From positions 5,575 to 69,574 of the IMG/VR virus record IMGVR_UViG_3300010376_000034: a stretch of 64,000 bases of DNA, one strand, 5' to 3'. Each line of letters begins with the position of its first letter. Within the stretch, counting starts at the first letter, position 1. Origin of the DNA: a virus. Lineage: Duplodnaviria; Caudoviricetes. The notes under the pieces are model-generated. The model was not told the DNA's origin, searched no databases, and saw only the letters and a list, made by a program, of their open reading frames with translations. Position numbers and translations under genes: made by a program. Shown here piece after piece: positions 25,423 to 35,384 of the stretch.

Positions 25423-26973
25423 CTAGAGACTGCGCGCCCGGTAGTATGGGTTGCGCGGGCTCTTGGCCCAGGCAATCAGGCCGGCCCTGATGTAGTTCAT
25501 AACCTCTGGCCCCGGCTCCATAGGATGGTGCCGATTCCAATCAAACGGCGGCCAATGCTGAAACTTCTCCTTGAACTTGATCGCGGCCCACTTGGGATTG
25601 TAGTTCTTCGCCGTCCCGTACCAGCGCAGCTGCGCGTACCACTTGGCTTTTTCCTCGTAGCTGTATTGGAAAAACGTGGGCTCCGCCTTCTTCCTGGAAT
25701 ACGTGCTTTCGTACTCCACCAGCTGGCCCTCGCGCTCAACGATCTTGGACTCGATCTTGCGCTCGAACCCGCATTCCGGGCAAATCTTGAGTCCTACCGG
25801 GATGAGATAGGCGCACTTGGGGCAGGGCTTGGGCAGCGGCGCGCCGGCAGGCTTGCGCTTGTTGCTGTCCATCCTCCCGACCGAAAGATGGTCGTGGTGG
25901 ATGTCCGTCACCATGCCGAGCCGGGCAGTCGTATCGGTATGATCCAGAATGAGGGCGAAGTCCTTGCCGTCCGCAGTCCGCAACGCCCTTCCCACGATCT
26001 GGACGTAGAGCATTTCCGACTTGGTGGGCCGCGCCAGGACGAGGCAGCGCACGTCGTAGTCCACGCCGACCGTCAGCGTGCCGACATTGGCCAGGACGCG
26101 CACCTCGCCGTTGTGGAACGCCCGCTTGAGTTCCGCCCGGTCAGCCAGCGACGTACTGGCGTCCTGGTAGCCGCAGGTAATGCCGGCGTCCACGAAGCGG
26201 TCGCGCAGCATCTGGGCATGGGCACAATCCACGGCGAAGAGGAAAGTCTTGTCCTTGTTGTGCCGCTGCCTCCAGGTCTCCACGATGTTCGCGACCAGCC
26301 TCTCCTCGCGCATCACCGTCGAAAGCTGGCCTTCGTGGTAATCGCCGGCAACGTCACGGATCTGGGACAAGTCCGGGTGATCGACGCCGAACACTTTGAA
26401 CTTGGAGAGGTAGCCCTGGTCGATCAGGCCCTGCGTCGTTTCCATCTCGTGCAAGACTTCAAAGTACCGGCCCAGGCCGGTCGTCCATGGCGTCGCCGAC
26501 AAGCCGATGAACGGGATCTTCTCCCAGCCCTCCGCGGCCCCGACAATCGGACCCGCGCCGTCCTTGTGCTCTAGCCGGCCCATCCACTGGATATGCGCGG
26601 CGTGCAGCTGGTGGCACTCGTCCACGATCACGACGCTGGCCGGCGGGTATCTGCCCTTGCTTCTGATGGTCTGGATCGACGCCACCTGCACGGGGCGACT
26701 CCAGTCGGTCATGCCATGGTTGGCCTGGATGACGCCGATGTCGCGGATGCCCTGGTGGTAGAACATCTCGACGGTCTGGTCGATCAAGTTGATGCTGGGA
26801 ACGACGAAGGCGATACGGTTGTCCTTGGACAGGCAGCCATCGACGATGGCAGCCGCAAGCAACGTCTTGCCGCTGCCGGTCGGCGCCTGACACACGAGAC
26901 GGCGTTTGCCTGCGCCCACGTCATCCTTGATCGCCTGGAGCGCCGCTTCCTGGTATGGGCGCAGTTCCTTCAT
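25423..26973 (-). CDS. Superfamily II DNA helicase (RadD-like) with zinc finger
   Basis: APTGSGKT, VDECH, GLSATP, LTVGVD, QIVGRALR; CPKC...CPEC. Confidence 0.92.
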   Translation of the reverse strand: MKELRPYQEAALQAIKDDVGAGKRRLVCQAPTGSGKTLLAAAIVDGCLSKDNRIAFVVPSINLIDQTVEMFYHQGIRDIGVIQANHGMTDWSRPVQVASIQTIRSKGRYPPASVVIVDECHQLHAAHIQWMGRLEHKDGAGPIVGAAEGWEKIPFIGLSATPWTTGLGRYFEVLHEMETTQGLIDQGYLSKFKVFGVDHPDLSQIRDVAGDYHEGQLSTVMREERLVANIVETWRQRHNKDKTFLFAVDCAHAQMLRDRFVDAGITCGYQDASTSLADRAELKRAFHNGEVRVLANVGTLTVGVDYDVRCLVLARPTKSEMLYVQIVGRALRTADGKDFALILDHTDTTARLGMVTDIHHDHLSVGRMDSNKRKPAGAPLPKPCPKCAYLIPVGLKICPECGFERKIESKIVEREGQLVEYESTYSRKKAEPTFFQYSYEEKAKWYAQLRWYGTAKNYNPKWAAIKFKEKFQHWPPFDWNRHHPMEPGPEVMNYIRAGLIAWAKSPRNPYYRARSL

Positions 26974-27272
26974 TGCCTATACCGCTCTCCGTCCCAGAAC
27001 CACAGCCCGACGCGCTCCCGTGGTGCGACGGCGCCGCGCTTGAGCGCGATCATGTGGGCATAGACCGCGCGGCAGCGCTGGTCCCACGGGTTCCGGCAAT
27101 GCCAAGGACCGCCGGGATCGCCCACCATGTTGGGCGGCAAGCGCTTGTAGTGCGCCAGCCGGGAAACCGGCGGCGGCTTGTGCCTGAGCTTGTAGTCGGG
27201 ATCATACATCGGGGCGCGCTTCCGAAACGGCCCGCCGCCGGAGTCTAACAACCAACGGCGGGCCCGTTTCAT
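26970..27272 (-). CDS. Hypothetical protein (start may be 27209)
   Basis: Stop overlaps the helicase start. Confidence 0.4.
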   Translation of the reverse strand: MKRARRWLLDSGGGPFRKRAPMYDPDYKLRHKPPPVSRLAHYKRLPPNMVGDPGGPWHCRNPWDQRCRAVYAHMIALKRGAVAPRERVGLWFWDGERYRQ

Positions 27273-27305
27273 ACCTTCGGTTCGATTGTACTCGGTTTGA
27301 CATCA

Positions 27306-27866
27306 TTATGCAACAAGAGCCTTGCGCCGCTTCTGTTCTTTCAGCAGTTGCGGCATGGAGAGAAGGTGCTCGTTGCCCAAGTAGTGAGCCGGCCGCCCGG
27401 GCTGCTGTTCTTCGATGGTTCCGAGCTTCTCGATCACATGCCCCCAGTTCCAACCGCGCAGACAGTAAAGCGGATGAAGGCCGTGATAGCAGAGGCAATA
27501 GGCGCGCTCCAACTTGAGTTGGCCAACCGGCACGACGAGGCGGCGCTTCAGTTCCTCCACACCTTTCATGTCGATGAAGCCGTCTATGTCGGGGCGGCCG
27601 CGCTCTTTGCCGAACACGTACCAATCGCACGGACTGAAATAGAGCATGCCTACGGCCTCGACCATGACGGCCTTGCGGTCACGTTCGACATCGCGATCGT
27701 AGCTCTTTGGCAGGTTGTTTCGGTGGGCGACGCCGAGATTCGAATCTGTGCGCTCTTTCCCGCGTTCCATGCACCAGTCGATACGCTTCGGGATTAGCGC
27801 GATCCATTCTCCCCATTCATCCGACTTGAAGGTCACGGGCTCAAAGGTCCAGGGCCTTGTTCTCAT
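27306..27866 (-). CDS. Hypothetical protein, possible PD-(D/E)xK nuclease fold
   Basis: PDIDGFIDMK motif; ATGA-coupled to the methylase. Confidence 0.45.
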   Translation of the reverse strand: MRTRPWTFEPVTFKSDEWGEWIALIPKRIDWCMERGKERTDSNLGVAHRNNLPKSYDRDVERDRKAVMVEAVGMLYFSPCDWYVFGKERGRPDIDGFIDMKGVEELKRRLVVPVGQLKLERAYCLCYHGLHPLYCLRGWNWGHVIEKLGTIEEQQPGRPAHYLGNEHLLSMPQLLKEQKRRKALVA

Positions 27867-28414
27867 TCCCACGTCACCCGGTCCAAGCTGATCGGTCCGG
27901 TGTGTCCGCGCATCCATACAAACCACGCGAACGCCACCATGCTGGTGGTGCGCGGGCCGGTCCAGTTCTTGCGGTGCATCATCGGCAGCCGGTTGCGGAA
28001 AAGATGTACGCGCCGCAGCTGCTGGTCGATGATGTCGCTGCGCCCCACGCCTTCCAGGAAGTTGAAGCGCAGCAGCATTACGACATGGGGGACCAGCGTC
28101 AGGGCGTGCCGCACGAACTCGTCGGCGAGCTTGTACGGGGGATTTGTGACGATGCAGCCGCAGCCGATGGGCGCCCGGTACTCCATCAGGAAATCGACGC
28201 CAGTGTCGATGTCGGTCGCCATGACGGTGTGGCCTGCCTCGCGCAGGACGTTGACGATGGAACCCGTGCCGGCAGCCGGCTCCCAGATATGTGTCGGCAA
28301 CGGCTCGACCGTGAGCAAGGCGCGCACGGCCTCCGCAGGCGTGTCGTAGGCGTCGTCAGTCCGCTCTTTGAGAGTCGCGCGCCCGGGATTACCGGTTTTT
28401 CCGAGGCTGCGCAT
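27863..28414 (-). CDS. Orphan amino-DNA methyltransferase (N6A/N4C)
   Basis: WEPAAGTG motif I and IVTNPPY motif IV. Confidence 0.8.
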   Translation of the reverse strand: MRSLGKTGNPGRATLKERTDDAYDTPAEAVRALLTVEPLPTHIWEPAAGTGSIVNVLREAGHTVMATDIDTGVDFLMEYRAPIGCGCIVTNPPYKLADEFVRHALTLVPHVVMLLRFNFLEGVGRSDIIDQQLRRVHLFRNRLPMMHRKNWTGPRTTSMVAFAWFVWMRGHTGPISLDRVTWE

Positions 28415-28583
28415 TTTCCAACTTCTTCAGCACCATTTCGATACCGCGCGCAACGATATCGGTCTGTGTGGGAGGAGGCGGCCAGCGGCGGCGCTTGCGC
28501 GCCGTTGCCCGCTTCATGCGCTTAACAAGTCGGCGATCAAGCCGGTAGGAGACCGCAATGGTGGGCTCTTGATTGACGCTCAT
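28389..28583 (-). CDS. Small RHH-like regulator
   Basis: AVSYRLDRRLVKRMK...QTDIVARGIEMVL. Confidence 0.45.
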   Translation of the reverse strand: MSVNQEPTIAVSYRLDRRLVKRMKRATARKRRRWPPPPTQTDIVARGIEMVLKKLENAQPRKNR

Positions 28584-28607
28584 ACTTGCAATGTATAGCA
28601 TGGCGGA

Positions 28608-29186
28608 ATGGCTGGCAATCACCGATTTGACGATGGCCGACTTGGCCACAACCGGCGTGATCGGCTTTCCGACAGAACCCGCCTTGCTTCCGCGCTGCTG
28701 GCACTCGGCGACATACCGTATCGCGATGCCAAGCAGATGACGCCGGCGCAGATCATCAGCCTCTATCATTTCGACCACAACATCTACCACGAGAGCGGAC
28801 ACCCGGACCGTAATGTGTTCTGGAACCTGACCCCGCGGCTCATCAAGCAGCACCGCGACAAAACCCGGCTCGACGTCAAGGTGATCGCCAAGGGACGCCG
28901 CATCCGGCGCAAGCTCGCCGAACACCAGCGCACACCAGCGGACAAGAGCGGACAACAAGGGACAATAGCGGACAATCCGGTACAGCTAATGGCCGACGCG
29001 ATCAGCGCCGGCCTGCGCCAGGGCGCCCGCGACGCCTACGGCCGGCTGAGCCATCCGCTTGACTTGTATAGCGAACGCTATAAAGATATCGACTGGAACC
29101 AGAAACCGAAGCGCAAGATTCGCTCGCGCGGGTTCGACAAGACCCGCACCCGGGGGTTCGACGGCAAGGTTAGAAGGAGGAAATGA
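28608..29186 (+). CDS. HNH-like nuclease
   Basis: HFDHNIYH...NVFWNLTPRLIKQHRDKT. Confidence 0.5.
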   Translation: MAGNHRFDDGRLGHNRRDRLSDRTRLASALLALGDIPYRDAKQMTPAQIISLYHFDHNIYHESGHPDRNVFWNLTPRLIKQHRDKTRLDVKVIAKGRRIRRKLAEHQRTPADKSGQQGTIADNPVQLMADAISAGLRQGARDAYGRLSHPLDLYSERYKDIDWNQKPKRKIRSRGFDKTRTRGFDGKVRRRK

Positions 29187-29672
29187 ATGCGCGTCAGTAA
29201 CAGGAAGGTACAGATGGTTTCGTTCGAGGCCCCCGTCACACAGGGGGACATCGACGAAGGCGAATGCCGGCTCGCCAACAAGTGCATGATTCGCGTCGCC
29301 ATCGAGCGACGGCTGCGCCAGCTGGAGCCAAGCCAGCCCAATCATCATACTCGGGTCGATGGCGGCGATATCCGCTTCAACTACAAAGGCCATCGTCATC
29401 GCGCCCACATCGACCGCGTTTCCAAGGCCAATCTCATCAAGTTCGATAGCGAGGACAAGGCCAAGCGGCGGGCCAAGCGGCGTGGCGAAACTTTCACGTC
29501 AGCGGTCAAGCCGTTCGTGTGCAGGGTGCGCGATGCTATCAAGGGCCCAAAGCTGATCCCCAATACGAGACGGCGCCGTGAACAGATCAACGCCGCTCGC
29601 CGCAGGCGTATCGCGGCAGGAGAGAAGCCAAGGAAGTACACACTGCACAAGCGAGTAATGGGGCTTGCCTGA
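29187..29672 (+). CDS. Hypothetical basic protein
   Basis: ORF in the plus-strand operon. Confidence 0.55.
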   Translation: MRVSNRKVQMVSFEAPVTQGDIDEGECRLANKCMIRVAIERRLRQLEPSQPNHHTRVDGGDIRFNYKGHRHRAHIDRVSKANLIKFDSEDKAKRRAKRRGETFTSAVKPFVCRVRDAIKGPKLIPNTRRRREQINAARRRRIAAGEKPRKYTLHKRVMGLA

Positions 29673-29683
29673 GCGGAGGACGG

Positions 29684-30697
29684 GTGAGAGAAGCCGCCTA
29701 CACGAGAAGCTTCGAGCGCGCGCTATACAAGCAGCGCGCCAACGACTTCCTTGCGCGACCTCTTAGCTTGGACGACCGCGAGTTCATCCGCCGTATATGT
29801 GACACCGGGCGCCTGGAATGCGGGGCGCTGTCCCAGCTAACCCGCAGCTGGGACGGCAACAAGGGGGTGCTGGACGAGGAACGCAGCTATTGGGAGACCC
29901 ACTGGGAGGAAGAACCCGGAGTCAGCCGCAAGATAGGCGAGCCGAGGCCGCCGCGCCCCAGCCATCGCCGGCCGCTCACCCCAGAGGAGAAAATCTCCCT
30001 CAGCAGAGCCAGGGCCGAGGCGTACCGCGAGTGGAAGGCCGAGCAAGACCGATTGCGGGAGGAGCGCGAACGACGCCTCAACGAAGCCCTCCTGGCCGAC
30101 CTCGAATGGGAGGCTGCAGACGAACAGGTCAGAGCGAAGCTCGCGGCACAGGTCGGGCTCAAGGCGGGTGTCGACGAGGACGAAGAACCGACCAAGCCCC
30201 CCAGGCGCGACCACCGCAAGCCAGCGCCGCCCGGAGCGCTGGTCATCCACGTCGACAGTCGCAACCATTACATCCCGGAGTGGAAATACCTCGAATCCGC
30301 GGAAGGCATTGCCGAGTACAACGCCAAATGGCGCCAACACCTCGACCAGCTGGACGAGCGCCTTGAGGCAGCAAGGTGGGTCATAGCCCAGCGGCTGGAT
30401 GCTGCCAGGATCGAGAAAGACAGAGAAGCCGCAGGACAGTTCAAGCGCGAACAGGCAGCTGCGGAACGCGCCCAGCAGCGTTACCGGCAAGAGAGGGAGT
30501 TGCGGCGCAGCCAGCAGCTTGACTATCAGATCAGGTTCAATGTGAAGCAGCAAATCCTCAAAGTCATTCGCGGCAGCCCGCACGAGTTCACCCTCAAAGA
30601 CCTCATGTGGCACACCGGCTGCACGAACCGCGAACTGTTGGCGAGTTGCGCCAATGAGCTAGCGCGCGAGGGCGAAATCGGAAGGAACGACCCGTGA
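29684..30697 (+). CDS. Hypothetical coiled-coil protein
   Basis: GGAGG RBS; 337-aa ORF. Confidence 0.55.
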   Translation: MREAAYTRSFERALYKQRANDFLARPLSLDDREFIRRICDTGRLECGALSQLTRSWDGNKGVLDEERSYWETHWEEEPGVSRKIGEPRPPRPSHRRPLTPEEKISLSRARAEAYREWKAEQDRLREERERRLNEALLADLEWEAADEQVRAKLAAQVGLKAGVDEDEEPTKPPRRDHRKPAPPGALVIHVDSRNHYIPEWKYLESAEGIAEYNAKWRQHLDQLDERLEAARWVIAQRLDAARIEKDREAAGQFKREQAAAERAQQRYRQERELRRSQQLDYQIRFNVKQQILKVIRGSPHEFTLKDLMWHTGCTNRELLASCANELAREGEIGRNDP

Positions 30698-31041
30698 GCT
30701 TCCTGAAGGGGCAGGCCAGCAACCGTCGCTGCGCTTGCGGCGCCCTGCTGGCATCTGACGACGGCGAGCGCTGCGCAGACTGTCGCCCGCGTCTCGGTGT
30801 GAAGGCCCAAGTCTTCCAGGACCTGCGCGCGACAGTCCGTGAACAGACTCGGCTGCTGGAGTTAGCGACGATGGAACTTGAAACCGTGCTGGCCCAGTTC
30901 GGCAGGGTGCTCGACCTGGGACACCACCGCGGAGGACACAGAGGAGCCCGCCATGGAGCTAGACGACCTGCTACGGGAGACGAGCCAACTACGCGCGCGG
31001 ATCTACAAGGTGTGGAAGGCTTTCGAGGAGAAGAAGATTAG
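30694..31041 (+). CDS. Hypothetical protein with N-terminal Cys motif
   Basis: GTGA-coupled; CAC...CADC; overlaps the next gene. Confidence 0.35.
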   Translation: MSFLKGQASNRRCACGALLASDDGERCADCRPRLGVKAQVFQDLRATVREQTRLLELATMELETVLAQFGRVLDLGHHRGGHRGARHGARRPATGDEPTTRADLQGVEGFRGEED

Positions 31042-31192
31042 CATCGGCGAAGCCAAGGTGCATATCTCTTTCACCCGCACGATATTGGAGAACCGGCGCG
31101 TGGAAATCGCTGCACTATACCTGACGCAGCAAGTACAGATCCCGCCGCCGATGGGCCGCCCGCGCGGCCTGCCACACACTAAGGTCAGCTGA
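30953..31192 (+). CDS. Hypothetical protein
   Basis: GAGGAG RBS before MELDDLL. Confidence 0.55.
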   Translation: MELDDLLRETSQLRARIYKVWKAFEEKKISIGEAKVHISFTRTILENRRVEIAALYLTQQVQIPPPMGRPRGLPHTKVS

Positions 31193-32136
31193 TGGTCGAG
31201 TCCTTCTTCGACAACAGGTTGGAGCCGGCACCGCCGGACCCGTGGGCCTATTGGCAATCGCGGCTTGAAGGGATTCCGCTACCGATGCACCCGGACGATC
31301 CTCAGGCCGGGTTTTACCGCATTCCGAGGAAAGAACATTACGGCGCACGGCGCACGTTCACGCCAGTCGCTTATTGGCCTGGGGAGAACGGCCAACTGAA
31401 CTGTCGCGTCGGCGATACAGATGTGCCGCCCATGACGGCGATGGAAATCTGGACGCGCGTGGGCAATCATCCTGTCACCGAGGAAGCCTACAGAGCGGTC
31501 GCGGAACGAGGCGAGCCCTGGCCGGACGAGCACGAGCTTGTCCCCATGGGGCACAACCTTCCGCCGGAAAACCTGCACTCTTTCGAGGGGTTGACCGATG
31601 CAGTCGAGAACCTTGCGCGCGAGGCGCTTGTTCGCCTCGATGGGCCGCCTATTGAGGACCAGGATGAGGCCGACAGACTTGCAAACCTTGCGGACAGGTT
31701 GGCGGAACTTTGGAAAAAGGCTGAAGAACTACGAAAGGCAGAACGACGCGAGCATGACGAGGCGCTAAAAGCGATTCAGCAGAAGTGGCTGCCGCTTCTG
31801 ACGAAGGCCGAGAGCTACAAGAACCTGAAGTTCAGACTCCTGACGCCCTGGCTGAAGAAGCTGGAAACTGCCCAGCAGCAAGAAGCCGAGGCGGCAGCAG
31901 CGGCGGGCGCTCCACCCGCAGCGGAGGCCCGCCGCCCCCGTGCCGGTACACGCGGGCGGGCGATGAGTCTCAAGTCGCAGAAGCGTGCCGAGATTACCGA
32001 CTTCGAGGCGTGTCTCGCGTTCTTCAAAGGGAGTGAAGACCTGCGCGGCACGGTACAGATGCTGGCAAACCGCGCCGTGCGCGCCGGCATTACGGTCCCA
32101 GGAACCCAGGTTATCGAGGAGCAACAGGCAGTATGA
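31192..32136 (+). CDS. Recombination-module coiled-coil protein (Gam/Gp157-like position)
   Basis: Helical C-terminal half; directly upstream of the ERF gene. Confidence 0.5.
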   Translation: MVESFFDNRLEPAPPDPWAYWQSRLEGIPLPMHPDDPQAGFYRIPRKEHYGARRTFTPVAYWPGENGQLNCRVGDTDVPPMTAMEIWTRVGNHPVTEEAYRAVAERGEPWPDEHELVPMGHNLPPENLHSFEGLTDAVENLAREALVRLDGPPIEDQDEADRLANLADRLAELWKKAEELRKAERREHDEALKAIQQKWLPLLTKAESYKNLKFRLLTPWLKKLETAQQQEAEAAAAAGAPPAAEARRPRAGTRGRAMSLKSQKRAEITDFEACLAFFKGSEDLRGTVQMLANRAVRAGITVPGTQVIEEQQAV

Positions 32137-33305
32137 GCGACACACCCACTGCGCGCCGGCCCCTGGTCCCGGGCCCGCCCGCTAAGCCAACCGCCGGTCT
32201 GACGCCGGTGGTGGATAAGATGAACTCCGGCACGCCGCCGTTGGCGATCACGCCAGTCCCGGACTCGGGCACGCCGCCGGCGTTCGTCGTTGGTCCTCCA
32301 CGTCCCACAGGCAAAATCGCCAAGGCCATCGCCAACGTGATGAAAGAGGTGGGGACCATCAAGAAGCGCGGCCACAACGAATACTTTCACTACGATTACG
32401 CCAGGTTCGAGGATCTGCTGTACGCGATCACCCCGCTGATGGGCAAAGAAGGACTGGCTCTCACACAGAGTGAAACCAAGGTCGAAACGGTCGAAGGCAA
32501 CCGACTCTCGATTCTGTACGAGTTTGTCATGTACCACGAGTCGGGCGAGAGCCTGCCGTCGCAGATGCACCGCGGTATGTGCACCTCGCGCTCGCGCAAA
32601 GGCGACTTTGACGACAAGGCCGTCGCCAAGTGTCACACCGGCGCCAAGAAGCAGTTCCTGCTGGGCCAGTTCAACGTGCCGGCCGGCGATTTCGAGGACC
32701 CCGACGAGGATGCCGAATACGCGCAGAAGCCGGTGCCCGGACCCGTGAACGCAACTGCTGCGCTTGCTGCCGGCGCGACAGTGACGTCATACGGCGGCGG
32801 TGGGGGCGGCGGCGGTCCTGCGCGAGGCGCGATTTCTGGCGCGGCCGAATCGGTCTCACAACAAGCCACCCCCTCCGGGCCCCACAAGCTCGTTTCGCCC
32901 CCAGGTACGACCGCCGACCAATGGGCCGAGGCGTATATCCGCGCTGTCGGCACAGCTAAATCCACGGAGGAGGTCACCGAGTGGGACAAGCTCAACGACG
33001 AGTTCCTGCAACGGCTTTCCGACCGATACTCCGCCGTCTACGAGCGGATTGCGACCGCCGTCGACCGCCGGCTCGCCGATATCGGGACGCCGCTGCCTGA
33101 TCCCAAGAAGAACCCGCAGGAAGCGATGAACTGGATTGCCAACCAGCTGCAGCAAATGAAAAGCCAAGAGGCGGCGGAGGCATTTTGGAACACCATCGTG
33201 GCGCCGCGCGAGAAGGACTTCGAGCAACTCGACTGGGAGATGCTGATGCAAGAGTGGGGGCGCACTGAGGCGCGGCTGGGCGCCCCACCGCAGGATACGG
33301 CATGA
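32133..33305 (+). CDS. erf: ERF-family single-strand annealing protein
   Basis: IKKRGHNEYFHYDYARFEDL...LALTQSE...DKAVAKCHTGAKKQFLLGQFNVPAGD. Confidence 0.8.
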   Translation: MSDTPTARRPLVPGPPAKPTAGLTPVVDKMNSGTPPLAITPVPDSGTPPAFVVGPPRPTGKIAKAIANVMKEVGTIKKRGHNEYFHYDYARFEDLLYAITPLMGKEGLALTQSETKVETVEGNRLSILYEFVMYHESGESLPSQMHRGMCTSRSRKGDFDDKAVAKCHTGAKKQFLLGQFNVPAGDFEDPDEDAEYAQKPVPGPVNATAALAAGATVTSYGGGGGGGGPARGAISGAAESVSQQATPSGPHKLVSPPGTTADQWAEAYIRAVGTAKSTEEVTEWDKLNDEFLQRLSDRYSAVYERIATAVDRRLADIGTPLPDPKKNPQEAMNWIANQLQQMKSQEAAEAFWNTIVAPREKDFEQLDWEMLMQEWGRTEARLGAPPQDTA

Positions 33306-33682
33306 AAGTCCCGAAGCAGCTGGAACAATATCGCCTCCGCGTTGGCGACTACGCCACCGCGTTTGGGGAGCCTTATGGCGCGTTTGATCGCGTGCCTGGT
33401 CCTTGCGGCGAAAGCCTCACCATTATGATGATCGACGGCATTGACACCGGCTGGGAGCACGTAAGCGTGTCGACGCGCAGGCGCATTCCCAACTGGACCG
33501 AGATGAGCTTCGTCAAAAAACTGTTTTGGGACCCAGAAGAGTGCGTCGTACAGTTTCATCCGCCCCAATCCGAATACGTCAACACCTATTCCAAGGTGCT
33601 GCACCTCTGGCGCTGGCGCAAGGGCACATTCCCGCAGCCGCCCGCTGATTTGGTCGGCGTGAAGGGGCTCACGCTGGCATGA
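33302..33682 (+). CDS. Conserved phage protein (WEHVSVS family)
   Basis: GWEHVSVS..RIPNWTEMSFVKKLFW..EECVVQFHPP. Confidence 0.7.
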   Translation: MKVPKQLEQYRLRVGDYATAFGEPYGAFDRVPGPCGESLTIMMIDGIDTGWEHVSVSTRRRIPNWTEMSFVKKLFWDPEECVVQFHPPQSEYVNTYSKVLHLWRWRKGTFPQPPADLVGVKGLTLA

Positions 33683-34152
33683 CCGTCAACACCACGCTGA
33701 CCAAGCGTCCCGCATTGCACAAGGGGGAAGTGGGATTCTTCCCGGACAACCCCATGGCGCAGGACGATATCGCGCACATCACAATGCACTCGGAGACGAT
33801 GCACCGTATCACCTCAGAGAAAAACCTGGAGGCGCTCAAGTTCCTCTGGGCCCTTGTCCACAAGTGTGCCGACAACACCGATTATTTTTTGGACAAGGAC
33901 GACGCCATGCGTGCGCTCAAAATCCGGGTGGGTTACAGTAAGCCTGTGTACGATCCGCATACGCGGACAATGGAAGTCCGGCCCAAGAGCCTGAAGAAGA
34001 TCGGCGACGAGGGGCTACGCCTACTAACGGACCGGATGATGGACGTCATCTGCGCGGAAGTTCTACCGGGTATGAAGGCCAACGACTTGCGGAGGGAAAT
34101 CGAAGAGATGATTCACGGCAAGCCGGAGGCGACCTTCCATGACGTTGGGTGA
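33679..34152 (+). CDS. DUF1367/NinB-like protein
   Basis: FLWALVH...ALKIRVGY...PKSLKKI; located after ERF. Confidence 0.5.
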   Translation: MTVNTTLTKRPALHKGEVGFFPDNPMAQDDIAHITMHSETMHRITSEKNLEALKFLWALVHKCADNTDYFLDKDDAMRALKIRVGYSKPVYDPHTRTMEVRPKSLKKIGDEGLRLLTDRMMDVICAEVLPGMKANDLRREIEEMIHGKPEATFHDVG

Positions 34153-34337
34153 GGTCGTGCTTCTCGTCTCGGGTTTCTCGCTTGGCTTCGTGCTCGCAAC
34201 AATCATTTGGCTGTGGACGTTCGCCGTCCAGCAAAAAAAGATGCTCAACCATCAGATCCGCATGCAGCAGAACTACGGTCGCAACGTCTCGGAGGAATAG
34301 GATGGGCAACAAGAAACGATTATCCCCTTCTAGATAG
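34149..34337 (+). CDS. Small hypothetical protein
   Basis: Coupled to the upstream stop; reading uncertain. Confidence 0.25.
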   Translation: MRSCFSSRVSRLASCSQQSFGCGRSPSSKKRCSTIRSACSRTTVATSRRNRMGNKKRLSPSR

Positions 34338-34348
34338 GAGTGTTGTGA

Positions 34349-35008
34349 ATGAAGAAGCTACTTCTAGCTACGGCTGCGCTGTTTGCAATCACGCTACCAG
34401 CGCAGGCTGACGTTATCGTCGACAACCACCTTAGCGGTACGGGTGATAACGTCATCTTCGATTCTGCGATTCCGGGTAGTCTCGTCATCGGCAGTTTCAA
34501 CGGGCAGAATCAAGGGCTCGTCGACTTCACCTGCCTAGGCGGCTGCGCCAACTACACCGGAGCGCAGAACGGTAACGACATTAAGATCACAGCGACTGGC
34601 CTGACCAATATGCAGGTCCAGGTCTTCGACACGACTGGTCTTAATGTGCTGCCCACGGCGACCGATGTCTTCTCGATCACAGGCACCGGACACGTGTTCG
34701 TGGGCGCGACAGCGAATGAACCGGGTGGTGGCACCCAGCTAATCAACTTCGACTTGTTCTCGCTGTTTGGGCCGCTTGGCCCCGGACAGAACGGGTTCAC
34801 GTTGACGGCCATCAACGGTGAAACCATCAATAAGTTCACGCTCCTCGATGTCGGCGGCGCAATCACCGACTTCGAGCACTACCGAATCGACGTAGCGGCG
34901 CCGGTTCCCGGCCCGATCGTTGGTGCTGGCCTTCCCGGCTTGGCCATGGCCTTGCTCGGGATGGTCGGACTTAATCGCTTCCGGCGTAAGCGTCGCGTCG
35001 TAGCGTAA
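34349..35008 (+). CDS. Secreted PEP-CTERM/VPxxxP-CTERM-type surface protein
   Basis: Signal peptide MKKLLLATAALFAITLPAQA; C-terminal VPGPIVGAGLPGL + TM + RRKRR. Confidence 0.85.
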   Translation: MKKLLLATAALFAITLPAQADVIVDNHLSGTGDNVIFDSAIPGSLVIGSFNGQNQGLVDFTCLGGCANYTGAQNGNDIKITATGLTNMQVQVFDTTGLNVLPTATDVFSITGTGHVFVGATANEPGGGTQLINFDLFSLFGPLGPGQNGFTLTAINGETINKFTLLDVGGAITDFEHYRIDVAAPVPGPIVGAGLPGLAMALLGMVGLNRFRRKRRVVA

Positions 35009-35051
35009 GTGGTATTGCGAGCGGCATTCACCTGACACCGCTCGCAACAAG

Positions 35052-35096
35052 GGCCGCCGGGGGAGTCGTGTATTCCCGCTCCCGGCGGCTCATTTC
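35052..35096 (+). terminator. GC-rich hairpin, probable terminator
   Basis: GCCGCCGGG...CCCGGCGGC followed by a weak T tract. Confidence 0.4.
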
Positions 35097-35114
35097 TCAT
35101 CACAGGAGGACACC

Positions 35115-35384
35115 ATGGCGGAGCCTGATCCCCAAGCAAAGGACAGTGCGCTCAGTGCAATGCTCAAAGCACAAGGCAGGCCAGACAAATCACCGATGCC
35201 GGGCCCATCGAGCAATGGCAAGCAGGCCGCGGCCGCGGCGCTGAGCCTGATCGATCGCATCAACGAGATGGCCAACCGCGACCAGGAGGACTGGCGCTAT
35301 CTCATCGACACGCTGCGCAAGTTCGTGGCGCAGCGCCGCGCCGACCTGGACTATTTGGAAAGACTGCTAGGCACCAACAAATGA
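35115..35384 (+). CDS. Hypothetical protein
   Basis: AGGAGG RBS. Confidence 0.6.
   Translation: MAEPDPQAKDSALSAMLKAQGRPDKSPMPGPSSNGKQAAAAALSLIDRINEMANRDQEDWRYLIDTLRKFVAQRRADLDYLERLLGTNK

Noticed and set aside
31715-31820. Other CTGAnGA strings as additional hammerheads
   Set aside because: Inside a coding sequence, with no stem II/GAAA/stem III arrangement.
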